From Peptococcaceae bacterium (GTDB taxonomy: Bacteria; Bacillota; Peptococcia; Peptococcales; Peptococcaceae), in contig JAFNVD010000117.1 in assembly GCA_017383785.1 (NCBI GenBank), positions 1-31,356 on the forward strand: 31,356 nucleotides of DNA. The letters are read 5' to 3'. Under the pieces are notes generated by a model. The model was not told the origin of the DNA. It searched no databases and saw nothing but the letters and a program-made list of their open reading frames with translations. Positions 14,705 through 23,192 of the stretch are shown here, piece after piece. The stretch's first letter is position 1. Each line of letters starts with the position of its first letter. The position numbers and the translations under genes were made by a program.

Positions 14705-15544
14705 ATGACTGAAAATCAAATGCGTAATTCCGTATGTAATTGCCAGTCCAACAATAATACGGTGCAATGTCCAACCTTGCGCATGGGTAATCGTGGCTCT
14801 GCTGTAGCATTTGTGCAGAGATTGTTGCGTCAAAGGGGCTATAATGTGTTGGTAGACGGTATTTTTGGTAATATGACTAGAAATGCTGTGACGAATTTCC
14901 AGCGTAGAAATAATCTTTCACAGACTGGTCTGGTGGATGAGGGCACCTGGCGTGCTTTGGGTGTAACATGTTTACCGGGCCAGTATTTTCCGGGGAATGA
15001 TAATGGTGTAGGCAGTATCATTGACACACCGCAGACCTTGCCGAGTTTTCCGAGTATACCAGCATATCCGGGGAATAATGATATACTCGATACGCCACAG
15101 ACCTTACCAAGCTTTCCTGATACACCGGTATGGCAGGAGAATGAGTTGGATGGGTTCAACTACACTTGGGAAGAGGTTGGCAATTACCGCTATATCTTGA
15201 CTACCAACAAATCTCGTTATGCACAAGGCGAAATTGTGTATATTACATTCCGTAAACGTAATATTTCTGATAATACGCAAGTGCTGCGGTATCCGTCTGA
15301 TGAACTGTTTGATTTTTATATTTCTGATCGCAATGGTGTTGAAGTATATCGGCTGAGTCGTAATGTAGTGGATAACGGTTTTCCACATGAAATTGTACTT
15401 ACACCGGGTCAGGCTGAGACAACAGACTTTCAATGGAATCAAGTGACGAATACCGGGCAATGGGTAACACCGCAGCCACTAACTTTGTGGGGGGTCAATA
15501 CAGCAGTAGGCGTCAGCGTACCGTTACCATTCAGTATTTATTAA
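14705..15544 (+). CDS. Peptidoglycan-binding (PG_binding_1) + Pro-rich repeat + BsuPI-like domain protein
   Basis: Start at ATG 14705 (RBS GGAGG). PTLRMGNRGSAVAFVQRLL..DGIFG..TRNAVTNFQRRNNL..TGLVDEGTWRAL; C-terminal TNKSRYAQGE.V...RN....LRYPS...FDF.I.D..G.EVYR.S....LTPGQ....WNQ resembles BsuPI (recognised by eye). No signal peptide. Confidence 0.75.
   Translation: MTENQMRNSVCNCQSNNNTVQCPTLRMGNRGSAVAFVQRLLRQRGYNVLVDGIFGNMTRNAVTNFQRRNNLSQTGLVDEGTWRALGVTCLPGQYFPGNDNGVGSIIDTPQTLPSFPSIPAYPGNNDILDTPQTLPSFPDTPVWQENELDGFNYTWEEVGNYRYILTTNKSRYAQGEIVYITFRKRNISDNTQVLRYPSDELFDFYISDRNGVEVYRLSRNVVDNGFPHEIVLTPGQAETTDFQWNQVTNTGQWVTPQPLTLWGVNTAVGVSVPLPFSIY
14990..15118 (+). repeat. Intragenic two-copy tandem repeat (PGN..I.DTPQTLPSFP)
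   Basis: DTPQTLPSFP at 15023-15052 and 15089-15118 (66 nt apart); CCGGGGAAT at 14990 and 15068; synonymous differences between copies. Confidence 0.85.
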
Positions 15545-15551
15545 CAACTTG

Positions 15552-15579
15552 TTCTATTTGTCTATGCGTTACATATACT
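15552..15579 (+). promoter_or_regulatory. Candidate sigmaE-type promoter of spoIVA
   Basis: TTCTATT-N13-CATATACT; spoIVA is sigmaE-controlled in B. subtilis and C. difficile. Confidence 0.5.
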
Positions 15580-15610
15580 ATACCACCAAGAATCTATGGA
15601 GGGATACAAT

Positions 15611-17143
15611 ATGGATAAACACATAGACAGAAGCCTAGAAAAAGAAGAAAGTTTATCGGAACAGTTTGCAGAAAATAGTATTTTTGAGGATATCTCCAGC
15701 CGTACCGGAGGCAATATTTATATTTCTGCAGTGGGACCGGTGCGCACCGGAAAATCTACTTTTATTAAAAAATTTATGGACTTGGTAGTACTGCCTCGTA
15801 TTACTGACGAATATGATCGTGCTCGCACTACTGATGCACTGCCGCAAAGCGGTGCCGGTAAAACCATTATGACCACCGAACTGAAATTTGTACCCGATGA
15901 TGCAATCCTAATTGAAATCAGTGATGGTGTTAAAGCCAAAGTTCGGTTAGTAGACTGTGTAGGTTATGCCATTGAAGGCGCACTGGGCTTCATGGAATCC
16001 AATGGCCCTCGCATGGTGCGCACACCATGGTATGATCATCCGATTCCATTTGAAGAAGCTGCTGAAATTGGTACCAAAAAAGTCATCACGGATCATTCTA
16101 CCATGGGCATTTTGGTAACTACCGATGGCAGTATCACAGATCTGCCACGGGAAGCCTATGTGGCAGCTGAGCAGCGTGTAGTAGCAGAACTGACCGAGCT
16201 CAATAAGCCATTTATCGTAGTGCTCAACAGTCGTCATCCTGAAGATGTGGCCACATTAACGCTGGCTAATGAATTAGAAGAAGCTTATCAAGTTCCGGTG
16301 TTGCCAACGAATGTAGCAGGTTTGGACGAAGATGGCATCATGCGTATTTTGGAGGAAATTCTCTTTGAGTTTCCGGTATCAGAAGTAAATATCGGTTTGC
16401 CACAATGGATTGAAGATTTAGATTGCGATCATTGGTTGAGAGCTAAATTTGAAGATGCGGTGCACAGTGCTATCAGTGAAGTAAAACGACTTCGTGACAT
16501 TGATCAATCCATTCAGTGTCTAGCTGCGTATGATTTTGTCAAAGATATTGTATTGGACCATATGGATTTGTCCAATGGGGTAGCCAGTATTGAAATGGCA
16601 GCAGAAGATGATTTGTTCTACAGAGTGTATCAGGAAGTGAGTGGGGTAGAAGTCACCGGTCTGCACGACATATTGGCCAATACTAAAGAGTTTGCCTTTG
16701 CAAAAAAAGAATACGATAAGTTGGAGCATGCTTTGTATGATGTACAGGAAAAAGGCTATGGTATGGTGATTCCAACCATGGAAGAAATGATCCTGGAAGA
16801 ACCGGAACTCACCAAAAAAGGCGGAAGCTTCTGCGTAAGGCTCAAAGCTAGTGCACCAACACTGCATATTATTCGTTCCGATGTCACTACCGAAATCACG
16901 CCGCTTATGGGATCTGAACGGCAGTGTGAAGATTTGGTACGCTACATGAGCGACAAATTTGAAGCCAACCCGTTGGCAATGTGGGAGTATGATATCTTCG
17001 GAAAATCCTTGCATGACTTAGTACGAGAAAATATGGAAGGTAAATTGCAGAAAATGCCTGAAAATGTACAGCGTAAATTGCAGGAAGCGGTACGACGGAT
17101 TACGAACGACGGGAGTGGAGGATTAATCTGCATTATCATATAA
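15611..17143 (+). CDS. spoIVA: Stage IV sporulation protein A (coat morphogenetic ATPase)
   Basis: Start at ATG 15611 (RBS GGAGGG). IFEDISSRTGGNIY..VGPVRTGKSTFIKKFM, LPQSGAGKTIMTTE, VDCVGY, TPWYD, DHST.G.LVTTDGSI; C-terminal NDGSGGLICIII. Confidence 0.97.
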   Translation: MDKHIDRSLEKEESLSEQFAENSIFEDISSRTGGNIYISAVGPVRTGKSTFIKKFMDLVVLPRITDEYDRARTTDALPQSGAGKTIMTTELKFVPDDAILIEISDGVKAKVRLVDCVGYAIEGALGFMESNGPRMVRTPWYDHPIPFEEAAEIGTKKVITDHSTMGILVTTDGSITDLPREAYVAAEQRVVAELTELNKPFIVVLNSRHPEDVATLTLANELEEAYQVPVLPTNVAGLDEDGIMRILEEILFEFPVSEVNIGLPQWIEDLDCDHWLRAKFEDAVHSAISEVKRLRDIDQSIQCLAAYDFVKDIVLDHMDLSNGVASIEMAAEDDLFYRVYQEVSGVEVTGLHDILANTKEFAFAKKEYDKLEHALYDVQEKGYGMVIPTMEEMILEEPELTKKGGSFCVRLKASAPTLHIIRSDVTTEITPLMGSERQCEDLVRYMSDKFEANPLAMWEYDIFGKSLHDLVRENMEGKLQKMPENVQRKLQEAVRRITNDGSGGLICIII

Positions 17144-17177
17144 ACCACCTAGTTAAATTTATTGTGTGTAGATACAC

Positions 17178-17206
17178 TTGTCAACAATTAAATCAATTGT
17201 TATACT
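17178..17206 (+). promoter_or_regulatory. sigmaA-type promoter of the VOC gene
   Basis: TTGTCA (17178-17183), 17 bp, TG-t-TATACT (17201-17206). Confidence 0.72.
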
Positions 17207-17244
17207 AAATACGGCTATACAATTAAATCATAGGAGGCAATAAT

Positions 17245-17622
17245 ATGAATTTTAGTTTTGCACATAATAACTTTAATGTATTTGATTTGGAAAAATCTAT
17301 AGCGTTTTACAAAGATGCGCTGGGTCTGACTGAAACCAGTCGTATTGAAGCAGAAGATGGTAGTTTTATCATCGTGTATTTGGGAGACACTGTAGGTACC
17401 CCACATAAATTAGAATTGACCTGGCTACGTGATTGGGACCGTCCGTACAATTTAGGCGATAATGAAATCCATCTGGCATTTCGTGTAGATGATTTCGAAG
17501 CAGCACATGCCAAACACAAAGAAATGGGCTGTATTTGTTTTGAAAACGAAGCTATGGGAATTTATTTCATCAATGATCCGGATAACTATTGGTTAGAAGT
17601 AATCCCTGCACATCATGTTTAA
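17245..17622 (+). CDS. VOC/glyoxalase-family protein (lactoylglutathione lyase-like)
   Basis: FAHNNFNVFDLEKSIAFY..ALGL, LELTW, HLAFRVDD, FINDPDNYWLEV; RBS GGAGG. Confidence 0.88.
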   Translation: MNFSFAHNNFNVFDLEKSIAFYKDALGLTETSRIEAEDGSFIIVYLGDTVGTPHKLELTWLRDWDRPYNLGDNEIHLAFRVDDFEAAHAKHKEMGCICFENEAMGIYFINDPDNYWLEVIPAHHV

Positions 17623-17630
17623 ATTAATAA

Positions 17631-17659
17631 TTGCGCAATCTTCGTTCATATGATATAAT
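17631..17659 (+). promoter_or_regulatory. sigmaA-type promoter of rnpB
   Basis: TTGCGC (17631-17636), 17 bp, TG-a-TATAAT (17654-17659). Confidence 0.75.
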
Positions 17660-17677
17660 ACACAATTGATATTGACG

Positions 17678-18011
17678 TGAGTAAGTGAAATGGTCGCGGC
17701 CGCAAGGCTGAGGAAAGTCCGGGCTCCATAGGGCAGGATGCTTGCTAACGGCAAGTGAGGGTGACCTTAAGGAAAGTGCCACAGAAAACAAACCGCCCTG
17801 CTTCGGCAGTGGTAAGGATGAAACGGTGCGGTAAGAGCGCACCAGCGGCAAGGTGACTTGTCGGCTTGGTAAACCCCATTCGGTGCAAGACTTAATAGGA
17901 GACTTCGTGGAGTTGCCCGCTCCGTCTCGGGTAAGTCGCTAGAGATTCCGGGCGACCGGAATTCGAGATAGATGACCATTCAACGACAGAACCCGGCTTA
18001 CGGCTTAGTCA
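17678..18011 (+). ncRNA. rnpB: RNase P RNA, type A (ends approximate)
   Basis: Universal GAGGAAAGTCCGGGCTC, GGAAAGTGCCACAGAAA, GAAACGGTGCGGTAAGAGCGCACC, GGTAAACCCC and ACAGAACCCGGCTTA motifs in the expected order. Confidence 0.97.
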
Positions 18012-18032
18012 GTCAATATCGCTACATACGTT

Positions 18033-18070
18033 ATGCCTCAGAAGCAATTCCGAGGCATTGTTTTTTATTT
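18033..18070 (+). terminator. Intrinsic terminator after rnpB
   Basis: ATGCCTC-N12-GAGGCAT followed by TGTTTTTTATTT. Confidence 0.7.
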
Positions 18071-18105
18071 GTACTATTTGATAAAATTCTATGGAGTGTA
18101 CACGT

Positions 18106-19266
18106 ATGAACCTGAATATTCGAAAAAAGCAAATGATTACTTATGTAGCAGTGCTGCTTGTGTCTATACTGTATATTATAGTGGGACACAATTTGGCCAT
18201 TGCCAATTACCATGCTTTTTCAGGCGATGACCAATCTATCGTTATCAAAGCTGAAGTGGTAGAACTTACAGACCGCTATACTGTTATGTACCCTCTTAAC
18301 GAATTTGAGTATGCAGAAGATGAAACAATTGTATTTCGTGCCAAGGTTACAAGCGGTGATATGAAAGGGCAGACCATTGAAGCTGCGCAGACATTGGATT
18401 ATTTCACAGCAGTGCACCTGCCGGTAGTAGAGCCGGGAGATCGTATCCTGCTGTACAGTATTCCGGGCGGTATGGCAGAGCATGAATGGCTTATGAGCGA
18501 TTACCAACGTTTTGACCAGATTTTGATTTTAGGTGCAGTGTTTGTGTTATTGGTGCTTTTGATTGGCCACTGGCAAGGTGTAAATACATTGATTTCGCTG
18601 GCGTTGACTTGTCTTGCAGTATTTTATGTATTTATTCCTGCAGTGTTGGCAGGGGAAAGTATTTATCTGTGGTCTATTGCTACTTGTATCTATGTCACTT
18701 TTATGACATTGTTTATTGTAAACGGTGTCAATGCTAAAAGTATCGGTGCCATTTTAGGTTGTTTGGCCGGTATTGTAGTAGCAGCGGTGTTGACTTTATT
18801 TTTTGAAGAATCTATGACACTGACAGGGCTCTTGGATGAAAACTCGGTGCTTTTGTACGGACTCAATCCTGATGCACCGTTTAACCTGAAAGCTATCATC
18901 TTTGCTGCTATTATCATCGGCTCTATGGGGGCGATTATGGACGTGTCTATTTCTATTGCTGCTGCACTGGAAGAGTTAAAAGAAAAATTGCCGCAGATTA
19001 CTTTTAGAGAACTGTTCCAATCCGGCATGAACATCAGCCGCGATATTATGGGAACTATGGCAAATACATTGATTCTGGCTTATATCGGTAGTGCATTGGC
19101 AGGGGTATTGCTCATGGTAGCATACAATAGTGCTATGATAGACTTGTTTAATCGTGAAATGATTGTAGTAGAATGTTTGCAGGCATTGGCCGGCAGTATC
19201 GGTATTTTAATGGCTCTGCCGTTTACTGCATTGATTTGTGCGTTGTTATATCAAAGCAAAAAATAA
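18106..19266 (+). CDS. YibE/F-family membrane protein
   Basis: Probable start ATG 18106; N-terminal TM plus OB-like region (V.PGDRILL), YQR, then many TMs with IIIGSMGAIMDVSISIA, GMNISRDIMGTMANTLILAYIG, LAGSIGILMALPFTA. Confidence 0.88.
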   Translation: MNLNIRKKQMITYVAVLLVSILYIIVGHNLAIANYHAFSGDDQSIVIKAEVVELTDRYTVMYPLNEFEYAEDETIVFRAKVTSGDMKGQTIEAAQTLDYFTAVHLPVVEPGDRILLYSIPGGMAEHEWLMSDYQRFDQILILGAVFVLLVLLIGHWQGVNTLISLALTCLAVFYVFIPAVLAGESIYLWSIATCIYVTFMTLFIVNGVNAKSIGAILGCLAGIVVAAVLTLFFEESMTLTGLLDENSVLLYGLNPDAPFNLKAIIFAAIIIGSMGAIMDVSISIAAALEELKEKLPQITFRELFQSGMNISRDIMGTMANTLILAYIGSALAGVLLMVAYNSAMIDLFNREMIVVECLQALAGSIGILMALPFTALICALLYQSKK

Positions 19267-19286
19267 CGTTTTAAAAGGCACACAAT

Positions 19287-19340
19287 AGGGTAAGAATTAC
19301 TGAAATAATTATGAGGCTTCAGTAGTTCTTGCCCTTTTTT
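19287..19340 (+). terminator. Long-stem intrinsic terminator
   Basis: AGGGTAAGAATTACTGAA-N13-TTCAGTAGTTCTTGCCCT (18 bp, two G-U pairs) followed by a T-run. Confidence 0.75.
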
Positions 19341-19385
19341 GAAATCGCTTAAAAATAATATATTGAACTAACGTAGGTGAAATTC

Positions 19386-20102
19386 ATGAATAAATCAACG
19401 ACAACAACCAAACCAGTGAAAACATCAAAAACAAAAAAAATAACTGCTAAAGAAAAACGTCTGCAAGCAGAAAAACAGGCCTTGGCATTAGAAATCGTGG
19501 CACGATTAAAACAAGCATATCCTGATACAGACTGCACGTTGGAGTATGACCAGGCGTGGAAACTGCTGGTAAGTGTACGTTTAGCAGCCCAGTGTACTGA
19601 TGCTCGTGTCAATGTAGTTGTGCAGGATTTGTATGCCAAATACCCTACCCAAGCAGCATTAGCAGAGGCTGGGGTAGATGACATAGAGGCTATCGTGCAT
19701 CCATGTGGTTTAGGACCTAGCAAAGCACGAGATATCAGCGCATGTATGAAAATATTGCGTGACCAGTATAATGGCAATGTACCCGATGATTTCAATGCAC
19801 TTTTGGCACTGCCGGGAGTAGGACGCAAAAGTGCCAATCTCATCATGGGTGATGTATTTGGCAAGCCTGCCATCGTAACAGATACTCATTGTATTCGTTT
19901 GGTAAATCGTATGGGTTTGGTAGACGGTATCAAAGAGCCTAAAAAAGTTGAAATGGCATTGTGGGATCTCATTCCACCGGAAGAAAGCAATGACTTCTGC
20001 CATCGCTTGGTAGACCATGGGAGAGCAGTATGCACAGCCCGTACCCATCCATATTGCGATCAATGTTGCCTCAATGATATCTGTCCGAAAAACGGAGTGT
20101 AG
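19386..20102 (+). CDS. nth: Endonuclease III (HhH-GPD glycosylase with [4Fe-4S])
   Basis: Start at ATG 19386 (RBS AGGTG). LLVSVRLAAQCTDARVN, HhH LLALPGVGRKSANL, DTH, C-x7-C-x2-C-x5-C cluster motif. Confidence 0.93.
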   Translation: MNKSTTTTKPVKTSKTKKITAKEKRLQAEKQALALEIVARLKQAYPDTDCTLEYDQAWKLLVSVRLAAQCTDARVNVVVQDLYAKYPTQAALAEAGVDDIEAIVHPCGLGPSKARDISACMKILRDQYNGNVPDDFNALLALPGVGRKSANLIMGDVFGKPAIVTDTHCIRLVNRMGLVDGIKEPKKVEMALWDLIPPEESNDFCHRLVDHGRAVCTARTHPYCDQCCLNDICPKNGV

Positions 20103-20171
20103 AATAGAACTATGAAAAAATATGCAGGGTAAAGCCTGTTTATATAATATTTTATATTGATGATTATATAA

Positions 20172-20255
20172 GGACGCTGGTTCAATGTGCTGCTCTAAAA
20201 ATAGGTTTCAAAATCTATTTTGGAGGAGTGGTTTGCTTAGCGTCCCTTTTTATTT
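20172..20255 (+). other. Long imperfect hairpin with 3' T-run (terminator or small structured RNA)
   Basis: GGACGCTGG(20172-20180)/TTAGCGTCC(20237-20245) outer stem; CTCT-A-AAAATAGGTT/AATCTATTTTGGAG inner stem; TTTTTATTT follows. Confidence 0.55.
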
Positions 20256-20309
20256 CCCTCTGCATACAATAATAGAGAAACTCTTTTTGTTTGACAGGAG
20301 GGGATGTGC

Positions 20310-20579
20310 TTGCGTAGGAGGGTACGACGTGCGGGGCGTAGGACTATGAAAGGCAGACAGACAAGTACATGCCCGCCGGGTATGGCATATGTGGGCAATG
20401 TATTTTTGCTTGGATTGGCTACACTTATTGAAGAATTGGTAGATTTGCAGGCAGCCAATGCACTGGAAGTATTACTAGAGCCATTTCAGCAGGAACAAGA
20501 TGGTGGTACAAAGCAGGAAATTTTAGCTAACGATGTGCAGGAAAATGCGGTGATTGATTTGCTGGATGGGCTGCTGTAG
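20310..20579 (+). CDS. Small hypothetical protein (basic N-terminus, hydrophobic middle, acidic C-terminus)
   Basis: In-frame TTG 20310 lies 8 nt after AGGAGG; ATG 20346 is an alternative start. No family recognised. Confidence 0.5.
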   Translation: MRRRVRRAGRRTMKGRQTSTCPPGMAYVGNVFLLGLATLIEELVDLQAANALEVLLEPFQQEQDGGTKQEILANDVQENAVIDLLDGLL

Positions 20580-20720
20580 ATGTGGTTTGCATGTATACAC
20601 AACAGTTTTGCAGAAAAGGCTTTGCAGAGCGGCAAAAATATAGTAAAATATATTGATATATTTTGTATTGCAGTGAATTTGTATTATCACTTGAGAATAA
20701 ATGCTGGAGGCGTTGTAACT

Positions 20721-22211
20721 ATGAATTATATTAGTACTCGTAACAATATGGAGCCGGTCAGTGCAGCAGAGGCTATTGCTCGCGGCATGGTGCCAAATGG
20801 CGGGTTGTTTGTGCCGGAAGCAATTCCTGCACTGGATGCAGCTGAGATTGCTGCTATGGCGGGCAAATCTTATCAGGAATTAGCGCAGTGGATTTTGGGC
20901 AAATATCTGACTGACTACACTGCAGAGGACATTGCGGATTGTGTAGCAGGTGCATACAATATCAATTTTGATACACCAGAGATTGCTCCTCTGGTAAAAC
21001 TGAATGACAATGAATATATTCTGGAGCTGTGGCATGGGCCTACCGCTGCGTTTAAGGATATGGCATTACAGCTCACGCCTCGTCTGTTGGTAAAAGCTAT
21101 TGAAAAGTTGGATTTACAGCAGGAAGTGATTATTCTGGTGGCTACTTCCGGTGATACTGGCAAAGCTGCGTTGGAAGGCTTTAAAAATGTAAAAGGTACT
21201 CGCATTATTGTGTTCTATCCGGCACACGGCGTAAGCAAAGTGCAAGAGCTGCAGATGGTAACTACCGACGGTGACAATACTTATGTAGTAGGGGTAGAGG
21301 GCAACTTTGACGATTGCCAGAGTGCTGTGAAGGAAATTTTTGCTGACCGTGCACTGGAAGCTGTTATGGCGGAGCATGGGTATCAATTCTCTTCTGCCAA
21401 CTCTATCAACTGGGGTCGTCTGCTGCCACAGATTGTGTATTATTTTGCCGCTTATTTAAATTTGGTACATCAAGGTGCTGTAGCTTACGGTACACCGGTA
21501 GATTTTGTAGTACCTACCGGTAATTTCGGCAATATTTTGGCAGCGTGGTATGCAGGGCAGATGGGTCTGCCTGTAGGCAAACTGGTATGTGCATCCAACA
21601 AAAATCAGGTACTGGCAGATTTCTTTGCAAGCGGTGTATATGATCGTCGCAGAGATTTTTATCAGACCAACAGTCCATCTATGGATATTCTGATTTCCAG
21701 CAATCTGGAGCGTTTCTTATTTGCTATGACAGGCAATGACGGTGACAAGGTAGCTTTGTGGATGGATCAGCTGAAAAATGAAGGAATCTTTACAGTAGAT
21801 GCTGATACCAAAGCGAATATTGATAAATTTATCGTTGGCGGTGCTGCTGATGAAGTAGAAACTTTGTCTATGATTGCTGCCTGCTACGACGAAAGTAAAT
21901 ATGTTTTGGATACGCATACAGCGGTAGCAGTAAAAGTATCTCGCGAATATCGTGAGGCTAGTGGTACAGCAAATATTGCTGTAATTGACTCTACTGCACA
22001 CCCTTGCAAATTTGTATCCAGTGTATTGTCTGCATTTGATGGTGTGGACAAGAAAGAAAGTGAACTGGAAATGCTGGAACAGCTGGTGAGCCTCACCGGT
22101 ATCAGCCAACACAAAGGGCTGCAGGATTTGGACAAAAAACCGGTACTGCATACAACGGTATGTGAAAAAGATGAAATTTCTGCTGCAGTGCAGCGTATTT
22201 TAGGGATATAA
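20721..22211 (+). CDS. thrC: Threonine synthase
   Basis: True start ATG 20721 (RBS GGAGG), not 20580. YISTRN, GGLFVP, ELWHGPTAAFKD (PLP Lys), ATSGDTG, SANSINWGRL, VPTGNFGNI, SPSMDILISSNLER. Confidence 0.96.
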   Translation: MNYISTRNNMEPVSAAEAIARGMVPNGGLFVPEAIPALDAAEIAAMAGKSYQELAQWILGKYLTDYTAEDIADCVAGAYNINFDTPEIAPLVKLNDNEYILELWHGPTAAFKDMALQLTPRLLVKAIEKLDLQQEVIILVATSGDTGKAALEGFKNVKGTRIIVFYPAHGVSKVQELQMVTTDGDNTYVVGVEGNFDDCQSAVKEIFADRALEAVMAEHGYQFSSANSINWGRLLPQIVYYFAAYLNLVHQGAVAYGTPVDFVVPTGNFGNILAAWYAGQMGLPVGKLVCASNKNQVLADFFASGVYDRRRDFYQTNSPSMDILISSNLERFLFAMTGNDGDKVALWMDQLKNEGIFTVDADTKANIDKFIVGGAADEVETLSMIAACYDESKYVLDTHTAVAVKVSREYREASGTANIAVIDSTAHPCKFVSSVLSAFDGVDKKESELEMLEQLVSLTGISQHKGLQDLDKKPVLHTTVCEKDEISAAVQRILGI

Positions 22212-22228
22212 TTTGGGAGGAACTTAAC

Positions 22229-23122
22229 ATGGCAGATGGATTGATGCGTGCATTGGCTTATGATGGTCAGGTACGTGTATCGGCAGTAATTTGTACCGAC
22301 GCAGTAGAAACAGCACGCAAACGACATGATGCATTCCCTACAGCTATTGCAGCTTTGGGCAGAACGATGGCAAGTACATTGTTATTAAGCTGGGGGTTAA
22401 AAGGGGAAGGCAGTATTACACTGCGTATTTTCGGTGATGGCCCTCTAGGCGGTATTATTGTGACTGGGGATGCCCATGGTAATATCAAAGGCTATGTACA
22501 GGAGCCACAGACAGACTTGCCTTTGAATGCTCGCGGCAAGTTGGATGTAGGCGGTGCAATCGGCAATGGTGACTTATATATTTCCAAGGATATTGGATTA
22601 AAAGAACCATATACCGGCAGTGTACCATTGGTGACCGGTGAAATCGGTGATGATGTGGCAAGCTATTTGATGAATTCTGAACAGACTCCATCTGTGGTAT
22701 CGGTAGGGGTACTGGTCAATCCGGATTACAGTGTAGCGGCAGCGGGCGGCATTATTATTCAGGCTATGCCGGGCGCTGATGATGCTGTGCTGGATGATTT
22801 GGAAATGAGATTACAGTCTGCACGTGCTGTCAGTGGCTTAATCAATGAAGGTGCTGATATCAGAGGCATTATTCAAAACTATCTGCCGGGTGTAGAAGTG
22901 CAGTTCTTGGAAGCGAAAGACATTCAGTGGCAGTGCAATTGCAGTTATGAAAAAATTAGCGGTTTGCTGAAAAGTATTGGCGTGGATGAGTTGACAGATA
23001 TGATTGAAAAAGACGGTGAAACAGAAGTGGTATGTCATTTCTGCAGCAGCCATTATCATTTTGATCGTGAGCAGCTGGAAGCTGTACTTGCAGAAATGAA
23101 GCAGGATTTGTTGAATCAGTAG
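22229..23122 (+). CDS. hslO: Hsp33 redox-regulated chaperone
   Basis: ALGRTMA, GDGPLGG, LDVGGAIG, YLMNSEQTPS, AAGGIIIQAMP, Zn motif CNCS...CHFC. Confidence 0.95.
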   Translation: MADGLMRALAYDGQVRVSAVICTDAVETARKRHDAFPTAIAALGRTMASTLLLSWGLKGEGSITLRIFGDGPLGGIIVTGDAHGNIKGYVQEPQTDLPLNARGKLDVGGAIGNGDLYISKDIGLKEPYTGSVPLVTGEIGDDVASYLMNSEQTPSVVSVGVLVNPDYSVAAAGGIIIQAMPGADDAVLDDLEMRLQSARAVSGLINEGADIRGIIQNYLPGVEVQFLEAKDIQWQCNCSYEKISGLLKSIGVDELTDMIEKDGETEVVCHFCSSHYHFDREQLEAVLAEMKQDLLNQ

Positions 23123-23141
23123 TATAGATAGAAAGATTTAG

Positions 23142-23172
23142 AAAGGCCATGCATGTTTGTGTATGGCCTTTT
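23142..23172 (+). terminator. Terminator-like hairpin between hslO and folC
   Basis: AAAGGCCATGCA-TGTTTG-TGTATGGCCTTT followed by T/G. Confidence 0.6.
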
Positions 23173-23192
23173 GTGTAGGAAGGGATAAAAGA

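Noticed and set aside
17624-18230. Short ORFs at 17624-17851, 17767-17979, 18031-18213 and 18033-18230
   Set aside because: They overlap the RNase P RNA gene, its terminator or the start of the YibE/F gene.
20580-20720. 47-aa N-terminal extension of ThrC in the ORF track
   Set aside because: The GGAGG RBS and family homology both point to ATG 20721; the extension is open intergenic sequence.
20100-20720. Possible T-box leader for thrC
   Set aside because: No GGTGGNACCGCG T-box motif or stem I signatures; GAGTGGTTTGC is only superficially similar.
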